The notes beneath the pieces were generated by a model. It was not told the origin of the DNA. It did no database searches and saw only the letters and a program-made list of their open reading frames with translations. Below are positions 18,870 through 29,097 of a stretch of DNA of 64,000 nt, piece by piece; position 1 is the first letter of the stretch, and each line of letters starts with the position of its first letter. Position numbers and translations under genes: made by a program. The stretch is from Alphaproteobacteria bacterium (lineage in GTDB: Bacteria; Pseudomonadota; Alphaproteobacteria; UBA2966): contig OZ219858.1 in assembly GCA_964291395.2 (NCBI GenBank), positions 352,001 to 416,000 on the forward strand, in the 5' to 3' direction.

Positions 18870-19778
18870 ATGACGGTGGATCGCTCGCCACCGCCGGCCG
18901 AGCGCAGGCGGCGAATTCAGAAGGTGGACGTGGGGGTCATCACGCTGGTGATCCTGCTCTTCGCCTTCGTCGTCTATCGCGTCGACTACGTTCTTGTCTA
19001 CGACTGGGATTGGGAGCCGGTGCTCAATTTCATCGTCACGACCGACCCCGAAACCGGATCCTGGATGGCGAACCTGCTGGTCGAGGGCCTGATGATGACC
19101 CTGCGCCTCGCATTTTGGGGAACCATCGTCGCCGCGGTTATCGGGTTGCTGATGGGGCTTTGCCGTGTCAGCGGCGATCTGTTCTTGCGGATGATGTCCA
19201 GGTTGTACGTCGAGCTGATCCGGAACATTCCTCCCCTCGTATTCATTTTCGTCTTCTACTTTTTCATCAGCAGCCAGATCATGCCGCTGCTGGGCGTCGA
19301 GGAATTCGCCCGCGAAGCGTCACCAACCACTCAGAAAGTGATCGGTCTGTTTTTCAGTCCGATCGGACTGTTCAGCAACTTTTTGGCCGGCGTGATCTGC
19401 CTTGCCATGTTCGAAGGAGCCTACATCACCGAGATCGTGCGGGCCGGAATTCAATCGATAGACAAAGGCCAGTGGGAAGGTGCGCGGGCCATCGGCTTGT
19501 CACGTTTTGACGTGATGCGTGACGTGATTTTGCCCCAGGCCATCAGGAAGATATTGCCGCCTCTGGCCGGGCAGTTCATCACTCTGGTCAAGGACTCGGC
19601 GATCGTGGCTCTGATATCGGTCCAGGAGCTCACCTTTTCCGGGATCGAAGTGGCCGCGACCACCACACGCGTCTTTGAAACGTGGATTGTCGTGGGGGCC
19701 ATGTACTTCGTCGTGTGTTACGTTTTCGCCGTGCTGTTCAGGCGCTGGGAAACATCGATGCCGCAGGACAAGCGCTGA
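18870..19778 (+). CDS. Polar amino acid ABC transporter permease
   Basis: [34 protein letters not shown]. Confidence 0.93.
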   Translation: MTVDRSPPPAERRRRIQKVDVGVITLVILLFAFVVYRVDYVLVYDWDWEPVLNFIVTTDPETGSWMANLLVEGLMMTLRLAFWGTIVAAVIGLLMGLCRVSGDLFLRMMSRLYVELIRNIPPLVFIFVFYFFISSQIMPLLGVEEFAREASPTTQKVIGLFFSPIGLFSNFLAGVICLAMFEGAYITEIVRAGIQSIDKGQWEGARAIGLSRFDVMRDVILPQAIRKILPPLAGQFITLVKDSAIVALISVQELTFSGIEVAATTTRVFETWIVVGAMYFVVCYVFAVLFRRWETSMPQDKR

Positions 19779-19812
19779 GCCCCATCGGCACAAGATCGGA
19801 GGGCAGGTCACG

Positions 19813-20568
19813 ATGAGCGAGTCCGGCGGAGACCGCTACATGCTCGAAATGCAAGGTGTCGGCAAATGGTTCGGCAATTTCTGCGCGCTATACGACATCG
19901 ATCTGCAGGTCCGTCCCGGCGAGAAGGTCGTCGTGTGCGGACCGTCCGGATCCGGCAAATCGACGATGATCCGCTGCGTGAACCGCCTTGAGGAACATCA
20001 GGCCGGACACATCTTCGTCGATGGGACCGAACTGACCGATGACACGAAGAACATCGAGTTGATTCGCCGCGAAGTGGGCATGGTGTTTCAGCACTTCAAC
20101 CTCTTTCCTCATCTGTCGGTGAGGCGCAATTTGACCCTCGGCCCCATTCGCAACCTCAACCTTTCGAAGAACGAGGCGGATGAACGCGCCATGCACTATC
20201 TCGAGCGCGTTCGCATCGCGGAACAGGCGGACAAGTTCCCGAGCCAGTTGTCGGGCGGCCAGCAGCAGCGCGTCGCCATCGCCCGCGCGCTCTGCATGCG
20301 GCCCAAGCTGATGCTGTTCGACGAGCCGACCTCCGCCCTGGATCCCGAAATGATCTCGGGCGTGCTGGAGGTGATGGTCGAACTGGCGCAAGACGGGATG
20401 ACGATGGTGTGCGTCACCCATGAAATGGGGTTCGCGAGACAGGTCGCCGACAGAATGGTCTTCATGGACTCGGGAGAAATCGTCGAGGTGGCACCGCCTG
20501 ATCGATTCTTCTCCGATCCCGAGACCGAGCGCACCAAGCTCTTCCTCAGCCAGATCCTGTCCCACTGA
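19813..20568 (+). CDS. Amino acid ABC transporter ATP-binding protein (GlnQ-like)
   Basis: Walker [19 protein letters not shown], Walker [14 protein letters not shown]-loop VTHEMGF. Confidence 0.96.
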   Translation: MSESGGDRYMLEMQGVGKWFGNFCALYDIDLQVRPGEKVVVCGPSGSGKSTMIRCVNRLEEHQAGHIFVDGTELTDDTKNIELIRREVGMVFQHFNLFPHLSVRRNLTLGPIRNLNLSKNEADERAMHYLERVRIAEQADKFPSQLSGGQQQRVAIARALCMRPKLMLFDEPTSALDPEMISGVLEVMVELAQDGMTMVCVTHEMGFARQVADRMVFMDSGEIVEVAPPDRFFSDPETERTKLFLSQILSH

Positions 20569-20579
20569 AGCTCGAGGCA

Positions 20580-20640
20580 TTTTGTTATAAAAATTCTTAC
20601 ATCTAGACAGCACTATCATGCTGAAATGTTATATAAATCT
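20580..20640 (+). promoter_or_regulatory. AT-rich putative promoter/operator in front of the soxB-like gene
   Basis: TTTGTTATAAAAATTCTTACA...ATGTTATATAAAT in otherwise GC-rich DNA. Confidence 0.5.
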
Positions 20641-20645
20641 GGAGC

Positions 20646-21899
20646 ATGAGACAGCGGTATTCGATCTTTTCGCTGGCGCGCAATGCCCTCGGCTTCCATC
20701 GCAACTGGCAACGGGTCTGGCGAACCCCGCCGCTCAGGGATGCCTATGACGTCGTCATCGTCGGGGCCGGAGGGCACGGACTGGCGGCCGCCTACTACCT
20801 CGCCCGCAATCACGGCGTGACCGACGTCGCGGTGCTGGACCGCGGCTGGCTCGGCGGCGGCAACATCGCCCGCAACACCGTCACGATACGGTCCAACTAC
20901 CTGCGCGACGAGAGCATCCCGTTCTTCGTGAAGTCGGTCGAACTCTACAAGGGACTGAGCCGGGAACTGAACTACAACCTCATGTTCAGCCAGCGCGGCA
21001 TGATCGACGTGGTCCAGACATACCCGAGGCTGCGCGACCTGACGCGGCGCATGCTGGCAATGGACATCCACGGGTCCACCTACAGGCGCATCAGCGTCGC
21101 GGAGATCCGCCGCCGAATCCCGCCACTCACCGGCGGCGGCCCGGATGCCCGGATGCCCGTCATCGCGGGCATGGTACATCCGGATGCCGCCGTCGCCCGT
21201 CACGACGCGGTTGCCTGGGGACTGGCACGCGCCGCCGACAGTTACGGGGTCGCGCTTCATCAGAACACGCCGGTCAGATCCCTGCTGCGGGGGCCGCACG
21301 GCGGGATCTCGGGCGTGGAGACGGAAAGGGGAACGATTCGGGCGAACAAGGTCGCAGTTGCCGTGTCGGGCCATACCACCACGATCACGGAGACGGCGGG
21401 GCTCCGCCTGCCGCTAAAGTCCTACAACCTGTCAGCCTTCGTGTCCGAGCCGGTCAAGCCTCTCATCGACGTGGTCGTGAACTGCCCGGACATCGGCGTC
21501 TATCTGAGCCAATCCGACAAGGGAGAACTGGTCGTCGGAGGCGAGACCGATCCGCAGCAATCTTTCCGCCGCGGCATCAAGGAAGCGGTTTTTGAAGACA
21601 CCGTGGCGGCCATGCTCGACCTCTTCCCCAGTTTCAAGCGCCTGAAGCTGTTACGGCAATGGGGCGGTTGCCTGGATTTCGCCCACGACGCCAGCCCGAT
21701 CGTCTCCGCCACCGATATCCCCGGCCTCTTCGTCAGCGCGGGCTGGTGGGGCGGCTTCAAGGCGGTGCCCGCCGGCGGACTGACGCTCGCCCACCTCATC
21801 GCCACCGGCCGGCCGCACCCCCTGATCGAGCCGTTCTCACTGAAGCGCTTCGAGCGCCTGGAGTTCATCCTCGAGTCCGGCACGACATCGACGCGGTGA
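20646..21899 (+). CDS. soxB: Heterotetrameric sarcosine oxidase-like, beta subunit
   Basis: YSIFSL..W...YDVVIVGAGGHGLAAAYYLA, GGNIARNT..IRSNY, ARHDAVAWG, VSEPVKP, YLSQSDKGELV, GGFKA. Confidence 0.88.
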   Translation: MRQRYSIFSLARNALGFHRNWQRVWRTPPLRDAYDVVIVGAGGHGLAAAYYLARNHGVTDVAVLDRGWLGGGNIARNTVTIRSNYLRDESIPFFVKSVELYKGLSRELNYNLMFSQRGMIDVVQTYPRLRDLTRRMLAMDIHGSTYRRISVAEIRRRIPPLTGGGPDARMPVIAGMVHPDAAVARHDAVAWGLARAADSYGVALHQNTPVRSLLRGPHGGISGVETERGTIRANKVAVAVSGHTTTITETAGLRLPLKSYNLSAFVSEPVKPLIDVVVNCPDIGVYLSQSDKGELVVGGETDPQQSFRRGIKEAVFEDTVAAMLDLFPSFKRLKLLRQWGGCLDFAHDASPIVSATDIPGLFVSAGWWGGFKAVPAGGLTLAHLIATGRPHPLIEPFSLKRFERLEFILESGTTSTR

Positions 21900-21940
21900 A
21901 TGGCTGGCCGACGAGCCCGGTAGTTCGACATGAGAAGACG

Positions 21941-22213
21941 ATGCTGACCATTCCCTGTCCCTGGTGCGGAGACCGGCACGAGAGCGAGTTCTTCTGCGGC
22001 GGCGCGTACGAAAAGGCGCGGCCGGCGCGGCCGGAAACGCTGTCCGACGAGGCCTGGGTCGACTACGTCACCGTTTCCCCGAATCCGGCGGGACCCCTGG
22101 TGGAGCGATGGTGGCACCAGCGCGGCTGTGGTCTCTGGTTCTTCCTTGAGCGCGACACGCTGACACACGACATCCGGCCGCTCTCCGATGGTGAGGATCA
22201 TGAGCCGCGTTGA
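21941..22213 (+). CDS. soxD: Sarcosine oxidase-like, delta subunit
   Basis: IPCPWCG.R.ESEF, ERWWHQRGC (Zn ligands), RDTLT. Confidence 0.9.
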   Translation: MLTIPCPWCGDRHESEFFCGGAYEKARPARPETLSDEAWVDYVTVSPNPAGPLVERWWHQRGCGLWFFLERDTLTHDIRPLSDGEDHEPR

Positions 22214-25148
22214 CCGCGGTTCGGCGCCCGGCGCGCTGATCGACCGTGACAGCCCTCTTCGGTTCACCTTCAACGACCGGACGTATACCGGATACCGGGG
22301 CGACACCCTGGCGTCGGCCCTGTTGGCCAACGGGATCAGCCTGACGGGGCGAAGTTTCAAATATCACCGGCCGCGCGGCATTCAGGGCGCAGGGTACGAG
22401 GAGCCGGCCACACTCGTCCAACTCTCCGGCGGCGAAGACGCGACGAACTGGCCGGTCACCAGGGTCCCTCTCTCCGCCGGCCTCGCGGCATCGAGCGTCA
22501 ACTGCTGGCCTTCGCCCGACTTCGACGTGGGTGCCGTCGCCCAGGCCTTCTCGCGGCTCCTGCCTGCCGGCTTCTACTACAAGACCTTCATGTGGCCGAA
22601 CTGGCATCTGTTCGAGCCGGCCATCCGCCGCGCCGCCGGCCTGGGCCATGCGCCCACGTTCGAACCGGAGCATCTCCGCTACGAGACGCGTTTCCATCAC
22701 TGCGACGTGCTGGTGATCGGGGCGGGACCGGCGGGCCTGATGGCGGCTCTGGCCGCCGGACGGAGCGGCGCGCGCGTCCTGCTGGTCGACGACGACACCA
22801 CGATCGGCGGCCGTCTCCATGCCGACGGGGATCTCGTCGACGGCCGCCCGGCGTCCGACTGGCTGAAGGATGTCGCAGCGGACCTCGAAGCGACGGGCAC
22901 CGTACGCCGTCTGAGCGATGCGACGGCGTGGGCCCACCATGAGCACAACTTCGTCATGGTGACCCAGCGCAGTCCGTGCCCGGCACACGTCTTTCAGCGT
23001 ACCTGGCGGGTCCGTGCCCGGCAGGTCGTGATCGCCACGGGTGCCATCGAGCGCCCCATGGTGTTCGCGAACAACGACCGGCCCGGAATCATGCTGGCGT
23101 CGGCGGCATGCTGCTACGTGAACCGCTACGCCGTGCGCCCGGGCAAGAGCACGGTGGTGTTCACGAACAACGACAGCGCCTGGCACGCGGCGTTCGATCT
23201 GCACGCCGCCGGGATCGCGGTACGCGGACTCGTGGACGTGCGCCCGCAAATCCCCGCCTCGCTCCTGAAGCGCGCCAGCTCGGCCGGGATCGTCGCGCAC
23301 ACCGGGGCGGTCGTGCAGGAGGCCCTGGGCGGGAGGCACCTCAGGGCGGTGCGGATCGCCTCCCGCGGAGACGGTCGGAAAACGACAATCGACTGCGATC
23401 TCCTGTGCACCTCCGGCGGCTGGAACCCGACCGTTCATCTCTATTCCCAGTCACGGGGTAGACTGCGCTACGACCCGAACCTGGCGGCCTTCGTACCCGG
23501 CGAGGCGCGCCAGGGCACCATTCCCGCGGGCAGCGCCAACGGCGCCTTCGGTCTCGGCGGCTGCCTGGCGGAAGGCCGTGACGCCGGCCATGCCGCGGCG
23601 GAGCGCTGCGGCTTCGCGCCCGCCGCCATGGACCTGCCGGTGGTATCGGACCCCCCCTATCGAATCGAGGCGTACTGGGGCGTCGAGTCCTTCGGATCGG
23701 CAAAGAAGGCCTTCGTCGACATCCAGAACGACGTCACCGTATCCGATCTGGAGTTGGCCGTGCGCGAGGGCTTCGGCGCCGTCGAACACGCCAAGCGCTA
23801 TACCACGGCCGGCATGGGCGTCGATCAGGGCAAGACGGGCAACGTCAACGCCATCGGGCTGCTCGCCGCGCTGAACGGGGACGACCCGGGCGCCGTCGGA
23901 ACCACGACCTTCCGGCCGCCGTACGTGCCCGTCGAGTTCGGCGCCGTCGCCGGGCATCGGCCGGGATCGCTGCTCCTGCCCTACCGGCACACGCCCATGA
24001 CCCGCTGGCACAAGGAACGGGGCGCGGTGATGTACGAGGCGGGAGCCCGCTGGCGGCGTCCCGGATTCTATCCCCGGGCCGGGGAGACCATGGAGCAGGC
24101 CGTAACCCGCGAGGCGGCCGCGGTTCGCAACGGTCTGGGCATATACGACGGTTCGCCCCTCGGAAAGTTCGACATCCGCGGCCCGGACGCGGTGAAACTC
24201 CTCGACTTCGTCTACACCAACGACTGGGACGATCTCGGACCGGACCGGGGTCGTTACGGGATCATGCTGAGCGACGACGGTCTGATCCTGGACGACGGCG
24301 TCACGTTCAAGCTGGCCGATGACCACTATCTCATGACGACGTCGACCGCCAACGCCGACATGGTCTACCGGATGCTGGAGGGGCTTCTCCAGACCGACAG
24401 GCCCGACTGGCGGGTGGCGGTCACGCCCGTCACCGAGCACTGGGCCAACGCCACCGTCTGCGGACCGAAGGCCCGCGAATTCATGCGGACGGTCGGCACC
24501 GATATTGACCTGGACGGCGATGACTTCCCCTTCATGAGCATGCGCGTGGGCCGGGTCGCCAACCTCCCGGCACGCATGTTCCGGGTGAGCTACACCGGCG
24601 AACTCAGTTTCGAGATCAACGTCCCCGCTGGCCGCGGGCTCCAGCTATGGGAGTCCCTGATCGAGGCGGGACGGGCGTTCAGCATCACCCCCATCGGATC
24701 GGAAGCCAACCACCTGCTGCGCGTCGAAAAGGGCTTCCTGTCCCCGGGTCATGAGGTCGACGGCACGGCCGACCCGTACGACCTGGGGCTGGGCTGGATC
24801 GTCTCCGGCAAGAAACCCGACTTCATCGGCAAGCGGGCCCTGGAGATCCGCCGCGCCAGCGGCGGGCCGCGCCGCGAGCTCGTGGGCCTGCTGACCGCAG
24901 ACCCGCACGAGATCGTGCCCGAGGGAAGCCCCATCACCCCCGGCGGGCGGAAGGAAGCGAGCGAGGGATTCGTCTCGGCCTGCGTCATGAGTGTGGCGCG
25001 AGGCCGGTCGGTGGCCCTCGCGCTCTTGCGTGACGGCCGCGCGCGGATAGGCCAGACGGTCTCGATCCGCGTCAAGAAGGACCTCGTGCGCGCAGCGGTG
25101 ACGAAGCCGGTGTTTTACGATCCCACGGGCGAGAGGCTGCGGAGCTGA
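22200..25148 (+). CDS. soxA: Sarcosine oxidase-like, alpha subunit
   Basis: GDTLASALLANG, RSFKYHRPRG, AGFYYKTFMWP, GAGPAG, EHAKRYTTAGMGVDQGK, TTFRPPY; GcvT-like C-terminus with SYTGELSFE. Confidence 0.92.
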   Translation: MSRVDRGSAPGALIDRDSPLRFTFNDRTYTGYRGDTLASALLANGISLTGRSFKYHRPRGIQGAGYEEPATLVQLSGGEDATNWPVTRVPLSAGLAASSVNCWPSPDFDVGAVAQAFSRLLPAGFYYKTFMWPNWHLFEPAIRRAAGLGHAPTFEPEHLRYETRFHHCDVLVIGAGPAGLMAALAAGRSGARVLLVDDDTTIGGRLHADGDLVDGRPASDWLKDVAADLEATGTVRRLSDATAWAHHEHNFVMVTQRSPCPAHVFQRTWRVRARQVVIATGAIERPMVFANNDRPGIMLASAACCYVNRYAVRPGKSTVVFTNNDSAWHAAFDLHAAGIAVRGLVDVRPQIPASLLKRASSAGIVAHTGAVVQEALGGRHLRAVRIASRGDGRKTTIDCDLLCTSGGWNPTVHLYSQSRGRLRYDPNLAAFVPGEARQGTIPAGSANGAFGLGGCLAEGRDAGHAAAERCGFAPAAMDLPVVSDPPYRIEAYWGVESFGSAKKAFVDIQNDVTVSDLELAVREGFGAVEHAKRYTTAGMGVDQGKTGNVNAIGLLAALNGDDPGAVGTTTFRPPYVPVEFGAVAGHRPGSLLLPYRHTPMTRWHKERGAVMYEAGARWRRPGFYPRAGETMEQAVTREAAAVRNGLGIYDGSPLGKFDIRGPDAVKLLDFVYTNDWDDLGPDRGRYGIMLSDDGLILDDGVTFKLADDHYLMTTSTANADMVYRMLEGLLQTDRPDWRVAVTPVTEHWANATVCGPKAREFMRTVGTDIDLDGDDFPFMSMRVGRVANLPARMFRVSYTGELSFEINVPAGRGLQLWESLIEAGRAFSITPIGSEANHLLRVEKGFLSPGHEVDGTADPYDLGLGWIVSGKKPDFIGKRALEIRRASGGPRRELVGLLTADPHEIVPEGSPITPGGRKEASEGFVSACVMSVARGRSVALALLRDGRARIGQTVSIRVKKDLVRAAVTKPVFYDPTGERLRS

Positions 25149-25149
25149 C

Positions 25150-25668
25150 ATGTCCTACCGGGTGGAGGTCTCGCGTCGGCCGGGCTGCACGCTGTTCGAC
25201 CTACGAGGTTCCGCAGGGGGCGCCGACACCCTCTTCAAGCACCTGCGGACGGCAGTGCCCGTGCGGCCGAACACGGTCAGGGTGAGCGACGCTCGGGCCG
25301 TGTACTGGGTGGGGCCGGAGCGCTGGCTCCTGCGCGAGGAACACGGGCTCCCGGCCGGCTCCCCCGGCATGGCGTCCCCCGCCCTCCCGGCGGGCGACAC
25401 GATGCCCCTGAATGTCTCGGCAGTCGACGTTTCGGATGCCTACGTCCGTTTCTCCGTCGCCGGCCCGGACGCCCTCGACGTCATGTCGCAAGCCACGCCG
25501 CTGGACCTCAGCCCCGGCACGTTTCCCGACGGCAGCGCCAGCTACACCGAGTTCTTCGGCACCACCGCCCTCACGGAATGCGTGTCCGCCGGCACTTCGT
25601 TCGTCGTGTTCGTCGAACGCAGCTACGCGGACTACGTGGAGGCGTGCCTTCGCCGGGCCGCCGGATGA
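25150..25668 (+). CDS. soxG: Sarcosine oxidase-like, gamma subunit
   Basis: WVGPERWL, VDVSDA, TPLDL, ERSYADY; follows the alpha subunit. Confidence 0.85.
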   Translation: MSYRVEVSRRPGCTLFDLRGSAGGADTLFKHLRTAVPVRPNTVRVSDARAVYWVGPERWLLREEHGLPAGSPGMASPALPAGDTMPLNVSAVDVSDAYVRFSVAGPDALDVMSQATPLDLSPGTFPDGSASYTEFFGTTALTECVSAGTSFVVFVERSYADYVEACLRRAAG

Positions 25669-25701
25669 GTTCGCCGATACGATCCGCCAAACTTCGCGCC
25701 T

Positions 25702-26539
25702 TCAAGTGAACCGCACCCTGGCCTGACTGAGACCGGTCAAGTCCACCATGACCGATGCCGGCGTATCGAAGAACACCGTCTGAACCACACTCCCCAACAT
25801 GACGAAGGTTCCGGCACGCAAGGGCCTGCCCATGCCGGCCCGGTGGTCCGGCACGCAAGGGCCTGCCCATGCCGGCCCGGTGGTTGGCAAGCCACGCCAA
25901 GGCTTCGAGCGGATCGCCGAGAATGTCGGCGCCGAGACCCGACGCGCGCTCCTCGCCATCGATCCAGAGCGTACCGCGGACCGCCTTCAGATCCAGGCCG
26001 CGCCAGTCGGTTTGCTCGGCTCCGAGAACGACGCCGGCATTGAAAAAATCGTCCCCGATGAGAACCGGCGCGGAGAGAGCCGAGTAGTCTTCGTAGCGAT
26101 CATCGACCAGCTCGATCGCCCCCATGAGCGCCGAAACCGCTTCGCTCACCGTGTCACGCGAATAGGGTGCCCGCTCGGCCGAGAGATCGGCGCCGAGTCG
26201 GGCCGCGATCTCGCACTCGACGCCGATCCGATGGAACCGCGACAACGGCAGTTCGACGCTCTCGTGAAAGGTCATGCCGTCGAACACCTCGCCGGCACAC
26301 GGGTGATCGATTTCCAGAAACGCCTGCATGACCGGCGTGGTGCAACCGATCTTGTGCCCCGCCGGCCGGCCGTGTCCCGCCTCTTGAAGGAGTCCGTGCA
26401 AGGCCGCCTGGATCGCGTAGCCCTCCGCTTCCGTCCGCGGCGTGAGATGAGCCGGCGGCGCCGGGGTCGGCCTACCGCCGAGGCGGGCCTGAGCCATAAA
26501 GTCTGCCGCAGCGGCAATCCGGGTTTCGTCGAGAGTCAT
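25702..26539 (-). pseudogene. 2-keto-4-pentenoate hydratase/FAH-superfamily gene frameshifted by a 37-bp tandem duplication
   Basis: GHKIGCT, VECEIA, IELVDDRY, DDFFNAG, GDPLEALAWLAN; the true C-terminus LRAGTFVMLGS...ARVRFT lies in another frame past the duplication. Confidence 0.85.
25811..25884. repeat. Perfect 2 x 37-bp tandem duplication
   Basis: CCGGCACGCAAGGGCCTGCCCATGCCGGCCCGGTGGT at 25811-25847 and 25848-25884. Confidence 0.97.
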
Positions 26540-26647
26540 GCCTGGTCGTTCGATTCGTCCGACGGAGCCGATCCATCAAGATGAAACCTCACCATACCCA
26601 TGGCCCGACCCCTTTCGCGCCACGTCGCGAAGCTCGGCCGCCGTCGG

Positions 26648-27196
26648 TCATGGGGCCAGGCCGGCCTCGGCACGCATGCGAAAAATCGGATCGTTCCGGT
26701 TTCGCTGCAATTCCGCCCATTCCGGTTTGAGCGGTGGGATATCGCTGCGTTGCAGCCTCAGCGCCTCGAAGACGACGACGCGGTCGGCGATCCGCCAGGC
26801 ACCGTCCCGCCGCTCGACGCGATCGACATAGCGCCCGAACTGGGACATTTGCATGGGCTGTGAGCCGTCTCCCGTACCGTAGGCCTCCTGTGCTTCGGGC
26901 CCCAACGTGTGGGCCGTCACGAAATAGGTCTCGACCACGGCGACATCGGAACCGGCGAATTCGATGAGGCAGTTTCCCAGGAAATGCACGCTCTGGAACA
27001 GAAGCCCGTTCCGTTCCCGAATGAAGTCGATCAAGCCGTCCACGTCGCCCTTGTAGTCGCCGTGGTCGTCGTGGGCGTCCTCGTGATAGACGCTCCGCAC
27101 TCCCTCCCAGTCCCCTCGGTCGACAGCACGGGCATAGCGCGCCATCAGGTCGCGAATCTCCTCGCGATCGATCAGTCGTTGCAGTGATTCTTGCAT
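26648..27196 (-). CDS. SnoaL-like/NTF2-family protein
   Basis: LIDREEIRDLMARYARAVDRGDW..., HFLGN, GRYVDRVERRDGAWRIADR. Confidence 0.88.
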   Translation of the reverse strand: MQESLQRLIDREEIRDLMARYARAVDRGDWEGVRSVYHEDAHDDHGDYKGDVDGLIDFIRERNGLLFQSVHFLGNCLIEFAGSDVAVVETYFVTAHTLGPEAQEAYGTGDGSQPMQMSQFGRYVDRVERRDGAWRIADRVVVFEALRLQRSDIPPLKPEWAELQRNRNDPIFRMRAEAGLAP

Positions 27197-27389
27197 GACG
27201 GCAATCCCCCTGCTCGTTCAGCCAAATCGAATCCATCGGCCATTGTAGACGAACGGTTTCCGTTCGGTTCGCGGCAGGCGCACGTGAAAACGGGATTTGG
27301 CGGCCGCTTCGCCCCCCCCCCCTGTCGGGTCCCGGTAATCTGTTCCAGCAGACGGTCACGCGTCAGATCGACTTTATGAAGAGGGTGCC

Positions 27390-28976
27390 CTAGTACCCGA
27401 GCGCACAGCCGTCCTTGCGCGGCTCGGAGCCGCCGGCCAGCGTACCGCGGTCCCAGTCGATCCAGATCGCCTGCCCCCCGCCGTGGGGCATGGCCACCCG
27501 TTCCGTCTCGTGGCCCAGCGCCTGGAGGCCCCGCTCGACGTCCTCGCCGATGCCGTGCTCGAGCAGATATTTGTCGCCGAAATGGAAGGCGCGGGGACAA
27601 TCGATGGCTGCCTGCACGTCCATGCCGTAATCCAGAATATTGGTGAGAAGGTGGGTGTGGCCGGTAGGCTGATACTGCCCGCCCATCACACCGTAGGGCA
27701 TGAGCACGCGTTCCCGTTCCGCCAGCATGCCCGGCATGATGGTGTGGAGCGGCCGCTTCCTCGGCGCGATACAGTTCGGGTGACCCAACTCCACCCGGAA
27801 ACCGGAGCCCCGGTTCTGCAGCATCACCCCGGTGTTGGGACTGAGCAGCCCGGTCCCGAACGCGTAGGACAGCGAATTGATGAACGAGATCGCGTTGCGG
27901 TCCGAGTCGACGACGCAGAGGTACACCGTATCCGGGGCCGTGGGCGGCCGGATCGACTTCAGGTCCATGGCCATGGCGGGATCGATCTCGGCGCGCAGCT
28001 CCGCAGCGAATTCCGCCGACAGGAGCCTGTCGAGCGGGACATCGACAAAGGCCGGATCTCCGACGTCGGTCTCACGCACGTTGTAGGCAAGGCGCGCCGC
28101 CTCCGCCTCGAGGTGGAATCGCTCGGCACCGAGCGGATCGAGTTCCGCAAGGTCGAAGCCCTCGATGACGTGAAGCATCAGCAGGGCGGTGACGCCCGGG
28201 TTGTTGGGGGGCACCTGATAGACGTCGAGTCCGCGGTAGCTGCCCTTGATCGGCGTAGTGTATTCCGACTCGTGCGCCGCGAAGTCTTCGAGGGTATGCA
28301 TCGCTCCGAGCGAATTCAGGTAGGTCACGATGTCCTCGGCGACGGTGCCGGTATAGAAGCCGTCCCGCCCGTCCCGAACGATGGTCTTCATGGTTTCTGC
28401 CAGCATCTCCTGGCGATGGACGTCGCCTTCCGCCAACGGCTTGCCTCCCGGCAGGAAAACGCTGGCCGACGTCGGATCCCGCGCGAGTTTTTCCGCGTTC
28501 GCCGCCCAGGCCTGGGCGACGCGGCCGTGGACGACGTAACCGTGTTCGGCGTAGTCGATTGCCGGCTGCAGGACTTCGTCGAATCCCATCGTGCCGTGGT
28601 CCGCGAGCAGCCGCGACCAGGCGTCGACCGCGCCCGGAACGGTAACCGCATGGGGGCTGAACAGCGGAATACCCGTAAAGCCATTGTCGAGATACCATTC
28701 CGCCGCCGCGGCCGCCGGCGCCCGGCCCGATCCGTTGATGGAGATGATGTCGGTCGTCCCGTGCGGCGCGAAGAGCGCGAAACAGTCGCCGCCGATTCCG
28801 GTGGAGTGCGGCTCCACGACGCCGAGAACGGCCGCGGCGGCGACTGCGGCATCGACGGCGTTGCCGCCGGCCCGAAGAACGTCGACTGCGGTCAAGGTCG
28901 CCGCCGGATGCGACGTCGCCGCCATGGCGTTGAGCGAGCGCACCGTCGATCGCCCGGATCGGTGAAAGTCGCGCAT
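27390..28976 (-). CDS. ggt: Gamma-glutamyltransferase family protein (cytoplasmic, no signal peptide)
   Basis: GGNAVDAAVA, GIGGDCF, TVPGAVDAW, autoprocessing Thr in DTVYL, KRPLHTIMP, GVMGG, EPRKDG. Confidence 0.93.
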   Translation of the reverse strand: MRDFHRSGRSTVRSLNAMAATSHPAATLTAVDVLRAGGNAVDAAVAAAAVLGVVEPHSTGIGGDCFALFAPHGTTDIISINGSGRAPAAAAAEWYLDNGFTGIPLFSPHAVTVPGAVDAWSRLLADHGTMGFDEVLQPAIDYAEHGYVVHGRVAQAWAANAEKLARDPTSASVFLPGGKPLAEGDVHRQEMLAETMKTIVRDGRDGFYTGTVAEDIVTYLNSLGAMHTLEDFAAHESEYTTPIKGSYRGLDVYQVPPNNPGVTALLMLHVIEGFDLAELDPLGAERFHLEAEAARLAYNVRETDVGDPAFVDVPLDRLLSAEFAAELRAEIDPAMAMDLKSIRPPTAPDTVYLCVVDSDRNAISFINSLSYAFGTGLLSPNTGVMLQNRGSGFRVELGHPNCIAPRKRPLHTIMPGMLAERERVLMPYGVMGGQYQPTGHTHLLTNILDYGMDVQAAIDCPRAFHFGDKYLLEHGIGEDVERGLQALGHETERVAMPHGGGQAIWIDWDRGTLAGGSEPRKDGCALGY

Positions 28977-29097
28977 GGGGTGGGTTTCCGCTTTGAGGCA
29001 CGCCCAGTATGCGCATCAGTCGCGGCCATGCAAACGGTCGCCCATGCACGCCGCCCGACGGCCCGACACCGATTGCGAACGAAAGTCGCGGACAGGC

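Noticed and set aside
25811-25884. 37-bp repeats as a mini CRISPR array
   Set aside because: The copies are adjacent with no spacer, lie inside a coding sequence, and no cas genes are present.
27390-28976. GGT as part of a capsule or secreted system
   Set aside because: No signal peptide and no capsule genes nearby; it looks like an ordinary cytoplasmic GGT-family enzyme.
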